Part shown: piece after piece, positions 1-15,404 of the stretch
Layout of the letters: every line of letters starts with the position of its first letter
Position numbering within the stretch: the first letter of the stretch is position 1
Assembly (NCBI RefSeq): GCF_009914755.1
Contig: NC_060935.1
Length of the DNA: 64,000 bases
Reading direction: 5' to 3' (one strand)
Source of the DNA: the human T2T-CHM13v2.0 reference genome, Homo sapiens
The notes under the pieces: generated by a model
Seen by the model: the letters and a program-made list of their open reading frames with translations, nothing else
Databases searched by the model: none
What the model was told of the DNA's origin: nothing
Program-made: the position numbers and the translations under genes

Positions 1-79
1 AGATTAGGGACCAGATTATCCAGAAACTTAAAGATCCAAATAAAGAGTTCACATATAAATACTATCATCATATTTTCTT

Positions 80-320
80 TTCTTTTCTTTTTCATTGTAT
101 ATATTTAAGGTATACAACACAATGTTTTTATATACTTATATATAGTGAAATGGTTACTATAGTCAAGCAAATTAATTTATCCATCACCTCACAGTTACCT
201 GCCTCCTTTTTTTTTTTTTTTTTTTAGCAAGGGCAACTAAAATCTACTCTCAAAAAAAATCCCAGTGCAATACAATATTATTAACTATAGCCCTCATGTT
301 ATACATTGGATCTCCAGAAT
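80..320 (-). mobile_element. L1MA-type LINE-1 3' end fragment
   Basis: Resembles antisense L1M 3'UTR (tatatttaaggtatacaac...gaaatggttacta...tacatt.gatctccagaa). Confidence 0.6.
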
Positions 321-3300
321 ATCGTATTTTAAAATGTAAGCTAGTATTAATATTGCTCAAAGTGGAATACACATATAAAAATGTAAAAAGAGAGAATTCA
401 GATCTCCAGAATATCATATTTTAAAATGAAAAAAGAAAGAATTCCCCCAATTTGGGGGATAGCAGGAAGTACTGTAAGAGATGGGGAAAAAAATAGCAAA
501 GCAAGTCAGAGGAGATGTGGAAGAAAGCCAGGTTTCACAGGTAATGCATTTATATAGACCAGCTTTCCTCAAACTGTATGGTAGTCACATAAATTTGAGA
601 AAGGCTACATGCCCCACCCTCATCTAGCCCTTCAGGGATCCACAAGACACTGGTACTTCAAGACCTCTCAAATGACCTGTAATTTTAAAACTAATTTTGT
701 CCACTCTATATATTCCCAAACTTATTTAATAAAAAAAATCCTTTTCCTCCTAATATATTTAAGCAATGAGGGATACTAGTGTTCTACAAAACTCATTCTA
801 GAAAACTTTGATGCTAAAATATCTGAAAATAATTGGGAAAAGTATGATGCCATATGAGATGAGATGGGAGATGTCTTAACAGTTCTATAATCATTTTTCA
901 GAAAGACTTTTCCAAGATCACAGACTACTCTGGAAGTCTAATTTTGTTTTTACCCTAAGAGGCAAGTAAACCAACTAAAGGAGTTCTATAAATGATTATC
1001 ATGCTTTGTTTTCTACCTGGCAACACAACTTTTAAGACTAAACTCTGACAACAATACAATTTGAATTACTTCTGATTTCCTTGTCCAAAGATGCCCTAAG
1101 GATTTCAAGAAGTATTTTCCTTTACTGATCAGAAAAGGAAACAGGTAGAGCCCGTTTATCCCTACTCTTTTTTTTCATGTCTTTTTCATCTTTTTCTCTC
1201 CAGTTTACCATTTTCCATTCTCTATTCTTCCATTCATATGTAATTTTCCCTTTACTGGCCCACTTTTGTCCCATGTACTCATGTCCTCCTTATTTCTCCC
1301 AGCTCCCTGCTCAAATTATTATCTGGAGCCTGGGGACTGCCATTATGACCAAAGAGCATGTTCAACTGCTAATAACTGACTTCGAGGGTTACAGAAGGCT
1401 CATGATATGCTATAGTTCCCCCATTTTTAGCCTACAGTAGACACTGCCCATTCTGCCAAAGCACTCTTTCTCACTAAACCCACAGTGCTCTCAACAGCTA
1501 CTTCTAATCTCTGGAAGTTAAAACCTATTTGCAGACAGGTCCTATATGTTCTCATTTGTATTCTTTAGATCTATTGGCTGAAATGTGAAATACGCTAGTA
1601 AACGCAATTCGCAGGTAAGAAAGGAGGCACAATGGTTAAAGGCCAGAGTGTTGTCTCGCTGCACATCTACATGTGTCTGGTTCTTAAAAGTCAGTGTCTG
1701 CATTAGAAGCATTTGAGGAACAGTACAGGACTTTGCCAAAATACCAGTACAACCAGGAATCCTCGTATACTTAACACACATAAGGATAAATAAAAACAAT
1801 GAGGATAAACTTCAAAACAACCTTGAGACATTTTATTTTCCAGGAGTCTTTCCTCCACACTGACTACCCGAATGTTTTCAGTAAGCATTTTGCTGTGGTT
1901 TCTCAGTTAGATTTCATCTAAATATGAGTAATCATCCTAATTAAGAAAAGCCAACTGGCTAAAATGCTAAAAGATCAAGCCCTCCCTTAAAATAATATCT
2001 TTCTCTGTTCAACTAAGAATGTGGAGTGCAACAGCGTGAAGGAAAATGTTAAGACTCATTCAATGATGGCACATAACTAAACCAATTAAGATAAATTTTA
2101 AAAGTTGTTTACTTAGTAGCCGCCAAATTCTATAAGGAAAATAACTGTTGGTGCAATTATGCAGTTTTGTATCTCATTAGCTGCCACAGTGAAAGATTAT
2201 GTATTGTGCAACAATGATATCTGTTGAACCAATAAAATCAAAAGCTACTGTCAGCAAGCTGCGTTTATATACCTCTTAAATCAGTAAATCTTTTTTCTTC
2301 TTTTAAAACCAAGATATGCCCACAAGAGTTCCCAAAACAGCTTCCATATTAAAATTATAAATTATTGACTTGATGAGCTTCTCTAACCTGTGAAGTTGGA
2401 GAAACAGTAGTTTTTGATTCAGCAAAGGGCATTCCCACCATCCCTCCGAACGTGCCATGAAACAACTCAATAGACTAAAGATGGGGAAAGCTTAATGACT
2501 GAAATAAAAATAGATAAAAAAGGAAACAGAGTAGTTTCTACACTGCAATTCACTTCTACTTTTTCCATCTCAACATTAAAACATATATATCATCTAAACA
2601 AAAACTCATTACCACATAAAAATAAGGTGGAAGTTCAGTCTTCAGCCTGGATACTTACACTGCAGTCTCCCCACTCAATGAGGCTTAAGAGGCTTAAGCA
2701 AAGTTTTAAAAAAATACTGAAATCCATCTGATATTCAACACATGTAACTAAACAGTACAAGCACTACCATTTTACAAAACCAATTCTAGATGACATATTC
2801 ATAGGAGTTTCCAAAAAATGCCTGAACTCTTCATAATCCTGCTAAATATATTAACCATGCCTCAACATTGCGTGACTATAACAAAGCTTAGCTTCTGTAT
2901 CATATCACTACTAAAATCAACATTCAACTGAACTGTTCAGCCATAGGGTTTCATGTCTAATTAATTATTTAACCATATCTAGGCCTCCAAATCTAATTTA
3001 TCTTTTCCCTGGTTCTGAACCTCAGTTACATTTTACAATCTCACTTTAGTTACTTTCTGTCAGCCATCTCAAATCCTGTGTGAAACAAAACACAGTATAA
3101 ACGATGTTTTATTCACCTTTATGCCATTAACATTTAGTGCAGTACCTGGCACACAAGTTCTTAATTCATGTTTAACTGGCTTGAAGGCTACTGCCCCAGT
3201 ATAGTTCTGACTCAATAAAAACTTATGTCAAATGACCATAGCAAATATTAGTAATGTTCGTTTTGAGATGGATCAGAAGCCTCATTCCCTGAATCGATGT

Positions 3301-3939
3301 TCCTGATGATGATTTTGTCAATAAGCAAAGGAATGTAAAAGACTACTTTTAAAACTATTCTATTTCTTGAATCTTTTCAAAGGAAACAAATTTATCATTT
3401 CATGTTTACATAATAAATATTAAAATGCAAGTGAATGAAACAAATTTCCAAATTATAACTCCAATACCATTATTTTTACTTACTTTTTAATTTTCACTTT
3501 CTAAACTTTCTGGGGGACAGGTGATAAAGAAAACTATGCTTCTAAAAAAGTTTAGTACTTATAAAAACCCATCTCAGTGATCATAGCAGACTTATACTTT
3601 TCTTATTCTATACACAGCAAGGTATAGTATCTCTAAACTATAATTCCTGCTTAGACAAGATTAAGAGTCCCAGTGACTAAATTTTAATTATGATTCATTT
3701 AGACAAGCCAAGACATACAACTAGACAAAAAGTAAACTGCTGACTTAAGAGATTTAATGATACAAAAACACAATAAAGCCTGCCAGGAAACAGTATTTCC
3801 CTCCTCGGCTTTAAATAGCACCAAGCCTGGTCACTTTAACAGACCTCTTCACCCCACATTTTGTATCACCAAGAAAAAAAAAAAAGTTAAAAACTTGAGG
3901 GCCCAGTCCAGGTTTTCTACCTAAAAAAGGCAAATCATC

Positions 3940-4150
3940 AGCCTTTGGGCAACATAGGGAGACCCCGTCTTTATAAAAAGTAAAAAAAGAAATTAGCCAG
4001 AAGTGGTGGTATACGCTTGTTGTCCCAGCTACTCACAGGTGAGGCAGGAGGATCACTTGAGCACAGGAGTTCGAGGCTGCAGTGAGCTAGGATTGCGTCA
4101 CTGCACTCCAGCCTGGGCAACAGAGCAAGACCCCCATTTCTAAAAAACAA
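3940..4150 (+). mobile_element. Alu, 5'-truncated (AluJ-like)
   Basis: End of left arm, linker, right arm and A tail. Confidence 0.85.
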
Positions 4151-5856
4151 CATGGCAAATCAGTCAAACTATCCGATACTAAGGCTAATAAATAATTGGT
4201 AATAACATCGGCAAATCAGCCATAGAATTTCCTCAGTTATCTTTCTTGGCTTCAAACAATGGGGACCATATTTAAGAACACATATAGGAGATAAAGACTG
4301 GTTAGATAGATGATATTTGCAGATGTTAAACCATCACAAGCTAATTTCACTCATTTCAATATTGCTCTTCCCCTTCACCTCCAAAGCACAAGACAGAATC
4401 AGTCTTCTATTCTAAGAATTGTTTAGAGAGGATTTGTCAATATATAACCAAATATCTGCTTAGTGACGGGAAAAACCTCTGTTCGCCAGCCAAAGGACTT
4501 GTGAGAATGAGAGCTACATGTGGCTTCTCCCCTCTCTGGCCTCCTAATTCCACATCAGTTTGTAGTTATTCTTGTACTACAAGAGTATCAGTTTCAGAAT
4601 GTAAGCCTCATAAGCTCCCAGGAAAGCCATTCTAGTGGAACTGTTCCAGAGTTTCACTTTAGCTCCATAAGGAACCTAAGAAGCCCCGCCCATAAGAGTG
4701 AACGGTAATTGCTCCGTTGGTTTCCACCTCTGACCTATAAAGACCAAAGCCTGAGCTGTCTGTAATCCATAAGCCATTTTAATATTCTGCTAGAACACTG
4801 CAAAAATGTGGTTTTCACTAGAGGCACTGGCATGAAGCTGAAATTGGTATTCTCGCTTACTAATCCTGTGTAGTATTTGTTCTAATTCTCAAAAGTAGAG
4901 GAAATTCTCTTTTTAAATAAAAAGGGCAGTGGTGAGACCCACAACACTTACGACAAGCCATATAACAGACTGTCCTAATCACACTTAGATAAATAATTAG
5001 TAAGCTACTCTTCTCCGCATATTACAGTAAGTAATCTACTCCATTATTTTGGCATCTGTTTCTTAAAATTTGCTGCACCTATCCCTTCTAAAACGCATAT
5101 ACTGTGTAAAAATGTATGAACTCTAAACTTCACAGGTAGAAAATCATCCAGTTTAAACTTTTTTTATATGAGGAAACTAGAGTTCAAATGCGTTAAATGA
5201 TTTAGCCAAGGTCATACGTTCTGTGGCAGACTCAGGATGAGAATTAGGGTGTCCTGACTTCCAGTCTAATGTTTTTTATGATCACATCAACTAGACAATG
5301 AGAGAAAGCCCTACCATTCATTGGTGGTAAGTGCAGTGGGCACTGTTCCTATCCATCTGTCTTTCACAATATACAATTCCTCACTGTTCTGCACAATAGC
5401 CTATGTGGTAACACAGCACATATGAGCTAAACTACCACTCAAGGGTCATTTTAACAAGCATGACACAACACTGAGGCACAATGCCCATGTTAAGCAAACA
5501 GCAAAATACCATGACACAATTAAGGCTTTATTTAAGCCAAACCATGTATCTATGCCCCTGCTTCACCATTTAACTAACAAGCATCTTGAGGGCAAAAATT
5601 ATTTCTTCTTGATCTCTATATCCTTTGCGGCACTATTCAAAAGTTTTGCTCACATACCTGCTAAAACAAATTTAATGGGGGGAAAAAGGTGTCTCCTTGA
5701 ATATTCTTAGGTTGACATCTAAAATTTTCATTACAAGTTTTAATCACTGCAAAGGTTATATTTTCATTTATATATCAATCTATGCCTATTTAGAACTGAC
5801 ACCTAAAAACACTATTATATTGCTAATTTTAAAGCTATTAAACCTACTATATTGGT

Positions 5857-6325
<469 letters not shown>

Positions 6326-6918
6326 TTAATATAACTTTTATCATACTTTCCTTAATGAAAACATGTATATTATTGTTTATTTATGTTGGATTGTGGTATG
6401 GTTACTATTATAGTAAAACACAATCGATGAAGACAATGCAAATGTTACAAATTTTGAGAACTAAACATAAAAAGTAATTTCCTTTTTTGGAGATGCATCT
6501 CTTAATAAGATGTATGGAGGAAGATACCTTGATAAAAGGAAGTTTCACACGTGACACTAGTGTTTTGACTATCCCTTTGTTAGAATCCTGGAGGATTTTA
6601 TACCTCATAGAAAGGTACAATGGTGAGATTCAAGATGGGTGAAAGGTATGGCTGTCTTCTGTTAATCATAAGAAGGCACAGGGCTAAAGGGAGGGTAGGG
6701 AAGGTGGACTAGCATTATATCAGTGTTGCCTTCAAACAAGTCAATTTCAGGAAAGAGTATAAATAAAATATAGAGAATCTGGAAATTTATTCTCTTAAAA
6801 CAGTCCAAGCCTAGATATTCTTAGACATGTCCTCCAGTTTGAGATCATGGTTCTAAAGCACCAGACTTGGTTCATTTATCGGAACTCAGTAAATACTTGT
6901 TGCATTAAAATAGTTCAG

Positions 6919-7050
6919 GGCCAGATGTGGTGGCTCATGCCTGTAATCCCAGCACTTCGGAGGCCGAGGTGAGAGGACTGCTTGAGCCCAGGAGTTTGAG
7001 ACCAGCCTGGGCAACATAGTGAGACCTCATATTTACTTATATAAAAAATA
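6919..7050 (+). mobile_element. Alu left monomer (FLAM-like)
   Basis: Left arm only, followed by an A-rich tail. Confidence 0.8.
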
Positions 7051-7631
7051 GTAACAATATAAATTAAATGAAATTAAATTGTTTATGAAAAAATGTTATT
7101 CAATGAGAACATCTAGATCGTACTGATTTTTTTCTAATCAAATGATAAAGTCTGTTGTGAGGATGAAGCAAGATGGTGAATGTAAAACACTGAGAACAAT
7201 GCCTGACAGCCTCAGTGTGTCCTACCTGCCATTCATCTTAATATTAGTATTCTTAGGCAAATCTTATTCTTTCTCTCCATCTCCCCTACATTTATTTAAA
7301 TAAGACTAAGGTCTTATTCAGACATGGAAATACGATTTATTTCTAAAACCTTAAATATAGTTCACTCTGCTAAGGAATAATGGTTCAGAATGACCATCTA
7401 TACTTCATCTTGGTACTATTTTTTATACATACTATGACTTTCACATCACAAGCATACAGGTTAACTTGAGAAAAACCAGAAAGCTATTTATGCAAATAAT
7501 GGCAAAAATAAGTAGGCCATTGGTGAAAATCATATTTTTGACACTTAGATGAAACCCCAGATTTATTTACCTTTAAAAAGTTAATGAAATACATTTAATT
7601 ATACAGACATAAGGTCAATTAAAACTTTCCA

Positions 7632-7931
<300 letters not shown>

Positions 7932-8077
7932 TTAATTCATTATTAAACCAACTTCTTTCTCCCAGTATCTACTAAGAAAGGTCTATGCGGTACATATCCA
8001 AGAAAAAAATGCCAGGAACTTTGGCCTATTGAATTTAAGAGTGTCAGAACCCACGTCCTTTAAAATACTTCATGACT

Positions 8078-8409
<332 letters not shown>

Positions 8410-8552
8410 CTAGCATCTAAAAGATTTTTAGGGGTTGTCAACTCTTTAATAATATATTTATAAAAAGTAGTTGATTCCAACCACCTCCATAAACACCATA
8501 TATTAGGGGATAAATTCTAGGGAGGGATATAAAGTTTAAAAAGATACTTTCC

Positions 8553-8887
<335 letters not shown>

Positions 8888-8932
8888 TTACCCCTGAAAA
8901 TTTTATTCAAAATAGAGTTTTAAAATGGATCA

Positions 8933-9229
8933 GTCTAGGTGCAATGGCTCACACCTAGTCCCAACATTTTTGGAAGCTGAAGTGGAGGAATCACTTGAAG
9001 CCAGGAGTTTGAGACCAGCCTGGGCAACAAACCGAGATATCATCTCTATACAAATTTTAAAATTAGCCAGGCATAGTGGCACGTGACTGTAGTCCTAGCT
9101 ACCCAGGAGCTAGGATCCTCCTCCTGAGGATCACTTGAGCCCAGAGTTCAAGTTTATAGTGAGCTAGCATCACAGCACTGCACTCCAGCCTGGGCGTCTG
9201 AGCGAAAACCTGTCTCTTAAAAAAAAAAA
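8933..9229 (+). mobile_element. AluJ-like
   Basis: Diverged dimer with poly-A. Confidence 0.85.
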
Positions 9230-9266
9230 TAGGATCTTATATTATAGTATAATTATATAAGATAGC

Positions 9267-9572
<306 letters not shown>

Positions 9573-9651
9573 TCACCATTGGTGAAAGTTGGGGGAAGGG
9601 TATACAGGACTCGATGTACTAATTTTGTAATTTCCTATGATTCTATAATTA

Positions 9652-9991
<340 letters not shown>

Positions 9992-10789
9992 AGTTTTTTT
10001 TTAATGGATCTTAAAGGAGAGGCAAAATTTCAAAAGGTAAAATGTTCTGGGTAGATACAAACATAAAATGCAATTCACATTATAGGACTCACAACTAGGC
10101 CAGGTAAGCTACACAGCTCATTCTAGGATATAGTGGAAGATAAGGTAGAAAAGGTAACCAGAGTCAGACTGCAGAAGAGTCCTGTGATGGTTAATTTTAT
10201 GTGCCAAGTTGACTAAGCTAAGGAATGGCCCAGACAGCTGATAAAACATTTCTAGGTGGGTCTCTGAGGGTATTTCTGCAAGAGATTAGCATTTGAATCA
10301 GTAAACTAAATAAAGAAGACCCACACTCACCAATGAGGGTGGGCGTCATAATCTGTTTACCCTTTTCCACCCAGAGAGAGCAAACGGCAGAGGAAGAGCA
10401 AATTCACTCTTTCTTCTTGAGCTGGGATATCCATCTTCTCCCACTCTTGGACATCAAAGCTCCTGGTTCTTGGGTCTTTGGACTCCAGGACTTACACCAG
10501 CACACCACCCCTTCCCAATTCCCAGGCCTTCAGCCTTGATTCCCCTGGTTCTCAGGACCTCAGACTCCAACTTAATTACACCACCAGCTTTCCTGGTTCT
10601 CCAGGTTGCACATGGCCTATCATAGGATTTCTCGGCCTCCATGATCACATGAATCACATGAGCCAACTTCCATAATAAACCTCCTCTTATACCTATCTAT
10701 GTATCTATTATATATATAAAATAAACCTCTTCTATATCTATAGATATAGATATGGAAACTTATTATGAAGGTTTTGGGGTTTTTTTCCT

Positions 10790-11086
10790 TGTTTTTTGTT
10801 TTTTGAGACCGAGTCTCCCTCAGTCACCCAGGCTGGAGTGCAATGGCGCAATCTCAGCTCACTGCAACCTCCACCTCCTGGGTTCAAGTGATTGTCTGCC
10901 TCAGCCTTCCAAATAGCTGGGATTTACAAGTGCACACCACCATGCCCGGCTAATTTTTGTATTTTTAATAGAGATGGGGTTTCAACATGTTGGCCGACCT
11001 GGTCTCAAACTCCTGACCTCAGGTGATCTGCCCGCCTCAGCCTCCCAAAACGCTGGGATTACAGGCATGAGCTACAACGCCTGGCC
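10790..11086 (-). mobile_element. AluS inside the MLT2 LTR
   Basis: Antisense Alu dimer. Confidence 0.9.
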
Positions 11087-11119
11087 TATAGAGGTTTATT
11101 ACAGAAATCCATCTATCCA

Positions 11120-11415
11120 GGCCGGGCGTGGTGGCTCATGCCTGTAATCCCAGCACTTTGGAAGGCTGAGGCAGGTGGATCACGAGGTCAGGAGTTTGAG
11201 ATCAGCCTGGCCAACATGGTGAAATCCCGTCTCTAATAAAAATGCAAAAATTAGCCGGTCGTGGTGGCAGGCGCCTGTAATCCCAGCTACTCAGGAGGCT
11301 GAGGCAGGAGAATTGCTTGAAACCGGAAGGCGGAAGTTGCAGTTTGCAAGATAGTGCCACTGGACTCGACTGGGCAACAAGAGTGAAACCCTGGGAAAAA
11401 AAAAGAGAAAAAAAG
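11120..11415 (+). mobile_element. AluS (Sg-like) inside the MLT2 LTR
   Basis: Sense Alu dimer, head-to-head with the previous copy. Confidence 0.9.
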
Positions 11416-12314
11416 AAAGGAAAGAAATCTCTCTCTCTCTCTCTGGAGAATCCTAATACAAGTCCAGAATGACAAGCTAAAACTTGGAACTTTCCTTGTA
11501 TATGATGGGGTATTTTGCGAGGATTTTTTATAATGCATGAGAAAAGTCAAAGTAAGGCTTTATAAATATTAATATCATAGCAGTAGGCAGGAGAGACTGC
11601 AGCGAACCTAAAGGTAGAAAGACCAGTTACTATTGCAGTAGCCCAGGCATGGTGGGGTGTTAAGGGTTGGCAGTAAAACCTGACCATAAGGGGCTTAAGA
11701 GTTTAATACCCTGAAATCCTCTATAAAGAGTCTATCTCCGGCATTCATTCTGAGCTCTCTATCATGTTTACAATAAAGAAATCTCTTCTCTGAATCACAT
11801 TTTAACATTTCAATCTTCAGCAGGTTTATAAGAAGAAAGTGGAAAAGGCAGAAACAGCTCTCTTTATTATCCCCAACAAAACAAAAGTCTTATAGCAGCC
11901 TTTGTGGCCTTGGATTGTATCCCTTTAAGCAAAAATAAATCAGAAGTCCTCTTATGCTCTGGGATTAACCTCCTTCCAATGACTACATGCTGTCAGTTAC
12001 AATCTACCTATTGCAGATAGGAAGCTTCATTGTAATAGCAAATTTCTGGTTGAAGAGCTTGCTAAGGTCCAATCCCAAACAGCTTTGTGGCTCTAATGCC
12101 GTAGTTTCAGAAAGCAATACTTTCCAGATGCATGCTGCTGACTGCTGCAATGCAGGAGGACCTGGCACTTTATTCTGGGCTACACAAACAGCACATCTGA
12201 TTGTTTACTGGGTCCCACTGTGTACTACATACTGATGACACAAAGATGATTAAAATAGCCCACCTTCAAAAAAGCCACAGTCTATTGGGAAATATACACA
12301 AAAAAGTAACTGCA

Positions 12315-12612
12315 GGCCGGGCGCGGTGGCTCATGCCTGTAACCCCAGCACTTTGGGAGGCCGAGGTGGGTGGATCACAAGGTCAGGAGTTCAAGACCAG
12401 CCTGGCCAACATGGTAAAACCCTGTCTCTACTAAAAATACAAAAATTAGCTGGGCATAGTGGCATACACCTATAATCCCAGCTACTCAGGAGGCTGAAGC
12501 AGGAGAATTGCTTGAACCCAGGAGGCGGAGGTCACAGTGAGCCTAGATCATGCCACTACACTCCAGCCTGGGCAACAGAGCAAGACTCTGTCTTGGAAAA
12601 AAAAAAAAAAAG
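12315..12612 (+). mobile_element. AluS
   Basis: Full dimer with poly-A. Confidence 0.92.
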
Positions 12613-12659
12613 TAAAGTGGCAAATGCTATTATAGGTAAGTATGTAAGAAATGCTTTGA

Positions 12660-12890
12660 GAATAATAATAATAGCTATATTTATGAAGTACTTAGTAATA
12701 TGCAAGCCCTTTCAATGCATTTTCCCTACATTAATTCACTTAACCCTCACAGCAAGACTAATATTACTCATTTGTTATAAATGAGAAAACTGAGACACAA
12801 AAAAGTTAAACAGTTTCATCCCAGTTATATACAACTACCTTAATAACAAAGGCAGTCTGGCTCCAAACTCAGGGATTTTAACTTACCACT
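12660..12890 (-). mobile_element. MIR
   Basis: MIR core (...ataaatgagaaaactgagac...aagttaa). Confidence 0.65.
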
Positions 12891-12929
12891 ATATTGCCTC
12901 TTTCCCCCCTCCCACCCTACCCCCTCCAC

Positions 12930-13325
12930 TGAGACAAGGTCTTACTCTGTCACCCAGGCTGGAGCACAATCATGGCTCACTGCAGCCTCAAACTCCTGGG
13001 CTCAAGTGATCCTTCTCCCTCAGCATCCAGAGTAGCTGAAACCACAGGCATGTGCCACCATGCCCAGCTAATTTTTTTAGTTTTTGTAGAGATGGGGTCT
13101 TGCTGTATTGCCCAGGCTGGTCTCGAACTCCTGAGCTCAAGCAATCCTCCCTACTTGGCCTTCCAAAGTGCTGGGATTACAGATGTGAGCCACCACACCC
13201 AGCATTTTCTTTCTATTTTTTTCAAAGAGACAAGGTCTTGCTATGCTGCCCAGGCTGGCCTCAAGCAATCCTCCTGCTTCAGACTCCCAAGTAGCTAGGA
13301 CTGTGGGTATATACCTCTCACCAGC
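12930..13325 (-). mobile_element. AluJ plus adjacent partial Alu
   Basis: Antisense Alu 12930-13203 followed by a monomer-sized fragment. Confidence 0.85.
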
Positions 13326-13908
13326 TTATATTGCCTCTTATAATGAGGGACTAACTAATGTTGCCTTGGATGGCAGTTAAGACTAAAGAGAAAAGAGCGT
13401 AGAAGATATATTTGAGACAGACCACTGAAGAATCACCAGGAATTCACCAGACAGACTAGATGTTTGGGGTGGAAGGCTGAGTGCTTATTAGCAGGGAGTG
13501 CTTGAGGGGACAACCCTCTAAGCAAAAAGAAGGCAGGTACAGCAACAGCAGGTCAGGGACAAAGGTATGAGATTTAGAGTACAGGGTGCAGTCACAGAAC
13601 AGTCAGTAGTCTGCATATACTGTAGGACCCATGGGTCCCAGAACAAGAGGGGAGGCTCTAAAGATGACTGTGGTGTAGTGGGCCTTGGAGGCTTTATATT
13701 TCAGGTAAGAGAGACCCATCAGAGGCCTTTCTGCTGAGTGATATGAGCAGATCTACCTACTATAAAGATAACTCAGGATGAAAGGTACAAGATGGCCAAG
13801 AGGCCAGGAGAGCAATTAGGAGATTACCACAATAATTGTGTCAAGAAATGATAAGGAGTGGTTGGATGCAAGCACATGTTTCGGAAGCACAATCAACAGT
13901 ACTTGATA

Positions 13909-14045
13909 GGCCAGGTGTGGTGGTTCACACCTGTAATCCCAGCACTTTGGCAGAGGTGGGAGGATCACTGGAGCCCAAGAATTCAAGACCAGCTTAGACA
14001 ACATAGTGAGACCCCATCTCTATAAATAATTTTAAAATAAATAAA
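13909..14045 (+). mobile_element. Alu left monomer (FLAM-like)
   Basis: Left arm only; flanked by AACAGTACTTG direct repeats. Confidence 0.8.
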
Positions 14046-14199
14046 AATTAAGATGTTTAAAATGAAAATACAAAATAACAGTACTTGCTGACTGGTTGCA
14101 TATGAAGGATAAGGAAGACAGGCAGACAGGCAAAGCTATCCTGAGGCTCTTTTTCTGGGCAGAACAGGACAAAAAGGGGATCAGCATTTAAAAGGAATA

Positions 14200-14770
14200 A
14201 TAATAATAGCAACTAATATTTATTAAGATATTAGTATATACCAGCACTATGCTAAATACTTTTACAAGAATTATCTCATTTAATATTGATAAAATAAGTT
14301 CATTATCACCCTTTCATAAATGGAGAAATGGAGGCTTAAAGAAAATAAGTAGTTTATTCACGGACACAGTCACTAAGCACTGAAGCCACAGAAAGACTCT
14401 GACTTTAGATAAACTGAGTTTAAGATATCTGGGGAGGCATCCAAATGTAGATTTCTAACAGGCAGCTCAATATTTTTGTACGAACTTAAGCTAAGAGTAC
14501 CACAGATACAGATTTATAATAACAATGTAACTATACTGTTGTTACTATTCCTATTATTAGCATTTATTAAGCACTTAGTGTACATGAGACACTATTTTAA
14601 ATGTTTTACACACATTATTCATTTACTCCACACAATCCTGAGATAGGTAGCTCTAGTCTCCCCACTCTTACTTACAGAGAAAGAAACAGAAACATAGAGA
14701 CAAAGTAAATCATTCCGTGTCTCTTAGGGAGAAAATAATGGAGCCAGATTCAAATCCTGGTCTCTCTGGT
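14200..14770 (-). mobile_element. Two MIR fragments (~14200-14400, ~14550-14770)
   Basis: MIR-like motifs (atttattaag...ctatgctaa...atttaat; gagccagattcaaatcc). Confidence 0.55.
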
Positions 14771-14929
14771 TTGGATGAGGGAACAGAAGAGAAGGTGGGG
14801 CTACAGGTGGGTTGGATAGAGGAGCCAAGGACAAAATCCAGAAGAATATAATCGCTTAACAAGTAGGCAGAGAAACAGGCACTATCTCATAGGATGGTTG
14901 TAAAGATAAGTAAAAGCACACAAAGGACT

Positions 14930-15288
14930 TGGCTAGGGCCACAGTTTGAATGTCTCCGCCTCTAAAAGTCAGATGTTGCCAACGTGATGGTATTAAGAAG
15001 TCGGGCCTTTAAGACATCATTAAGTCATGAGGGTTCCTCCGTTCATGAATGCAATTAGGTGCCCTTAAAAATGGGCTTGATGGAGGGAGTTACTCCCTTT
15101 TTGCCCTTCTGCCTTCTGCCATGTGAGGACACAGCATTCAAGGCATCGTCTAAGAAGCAGAGACCAAATCCCCATCAATGAACCTGCCAGTGCCCTCCCA
15201 GCCTCCAGAACTATGAGAAAATAAAATTCTGTTATTTATAAATTACCCAGTGTCAGGTATTCTCCTATAGCAGCACAAAAGAACTGAC
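14930..15288 (+). mobile_element. MaLR solo LTR (MSTC/MSTD/MLT1A-like)
   Basis: gtttgaatgt...ggtattaagaag...gccatgtgaggacacagca...cccagcctccagaactatgagaaaataaa...ataaattacccagt...atagcagcac. Confidence 0.75.
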
Positions 15289-15404
15289 AGCAACCAAAGC
15301 TCTATCAGTTTGGAGGATGTGCTACAGGATGAGGAGACAGAAGAGAACCAACAGGGAAGTAGATATATTAAATGGAAAAGGATTAGTTAATAAAACAAAG
15401 TCCC

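Larger units (their letters stand above)
10183..11460 (+). mobile_element. MLT2-family (ERVL) solo LTR interrupted by two Alus
   Basis: Starts TGTGATGGTTAATTTTATGTG, ends TCTCTGGAGAATCCTAATACA (TG...CA). Exact 5-bp TSD AGTCC at 10178-10182 and 11461-11465. Confidence 0.85.
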
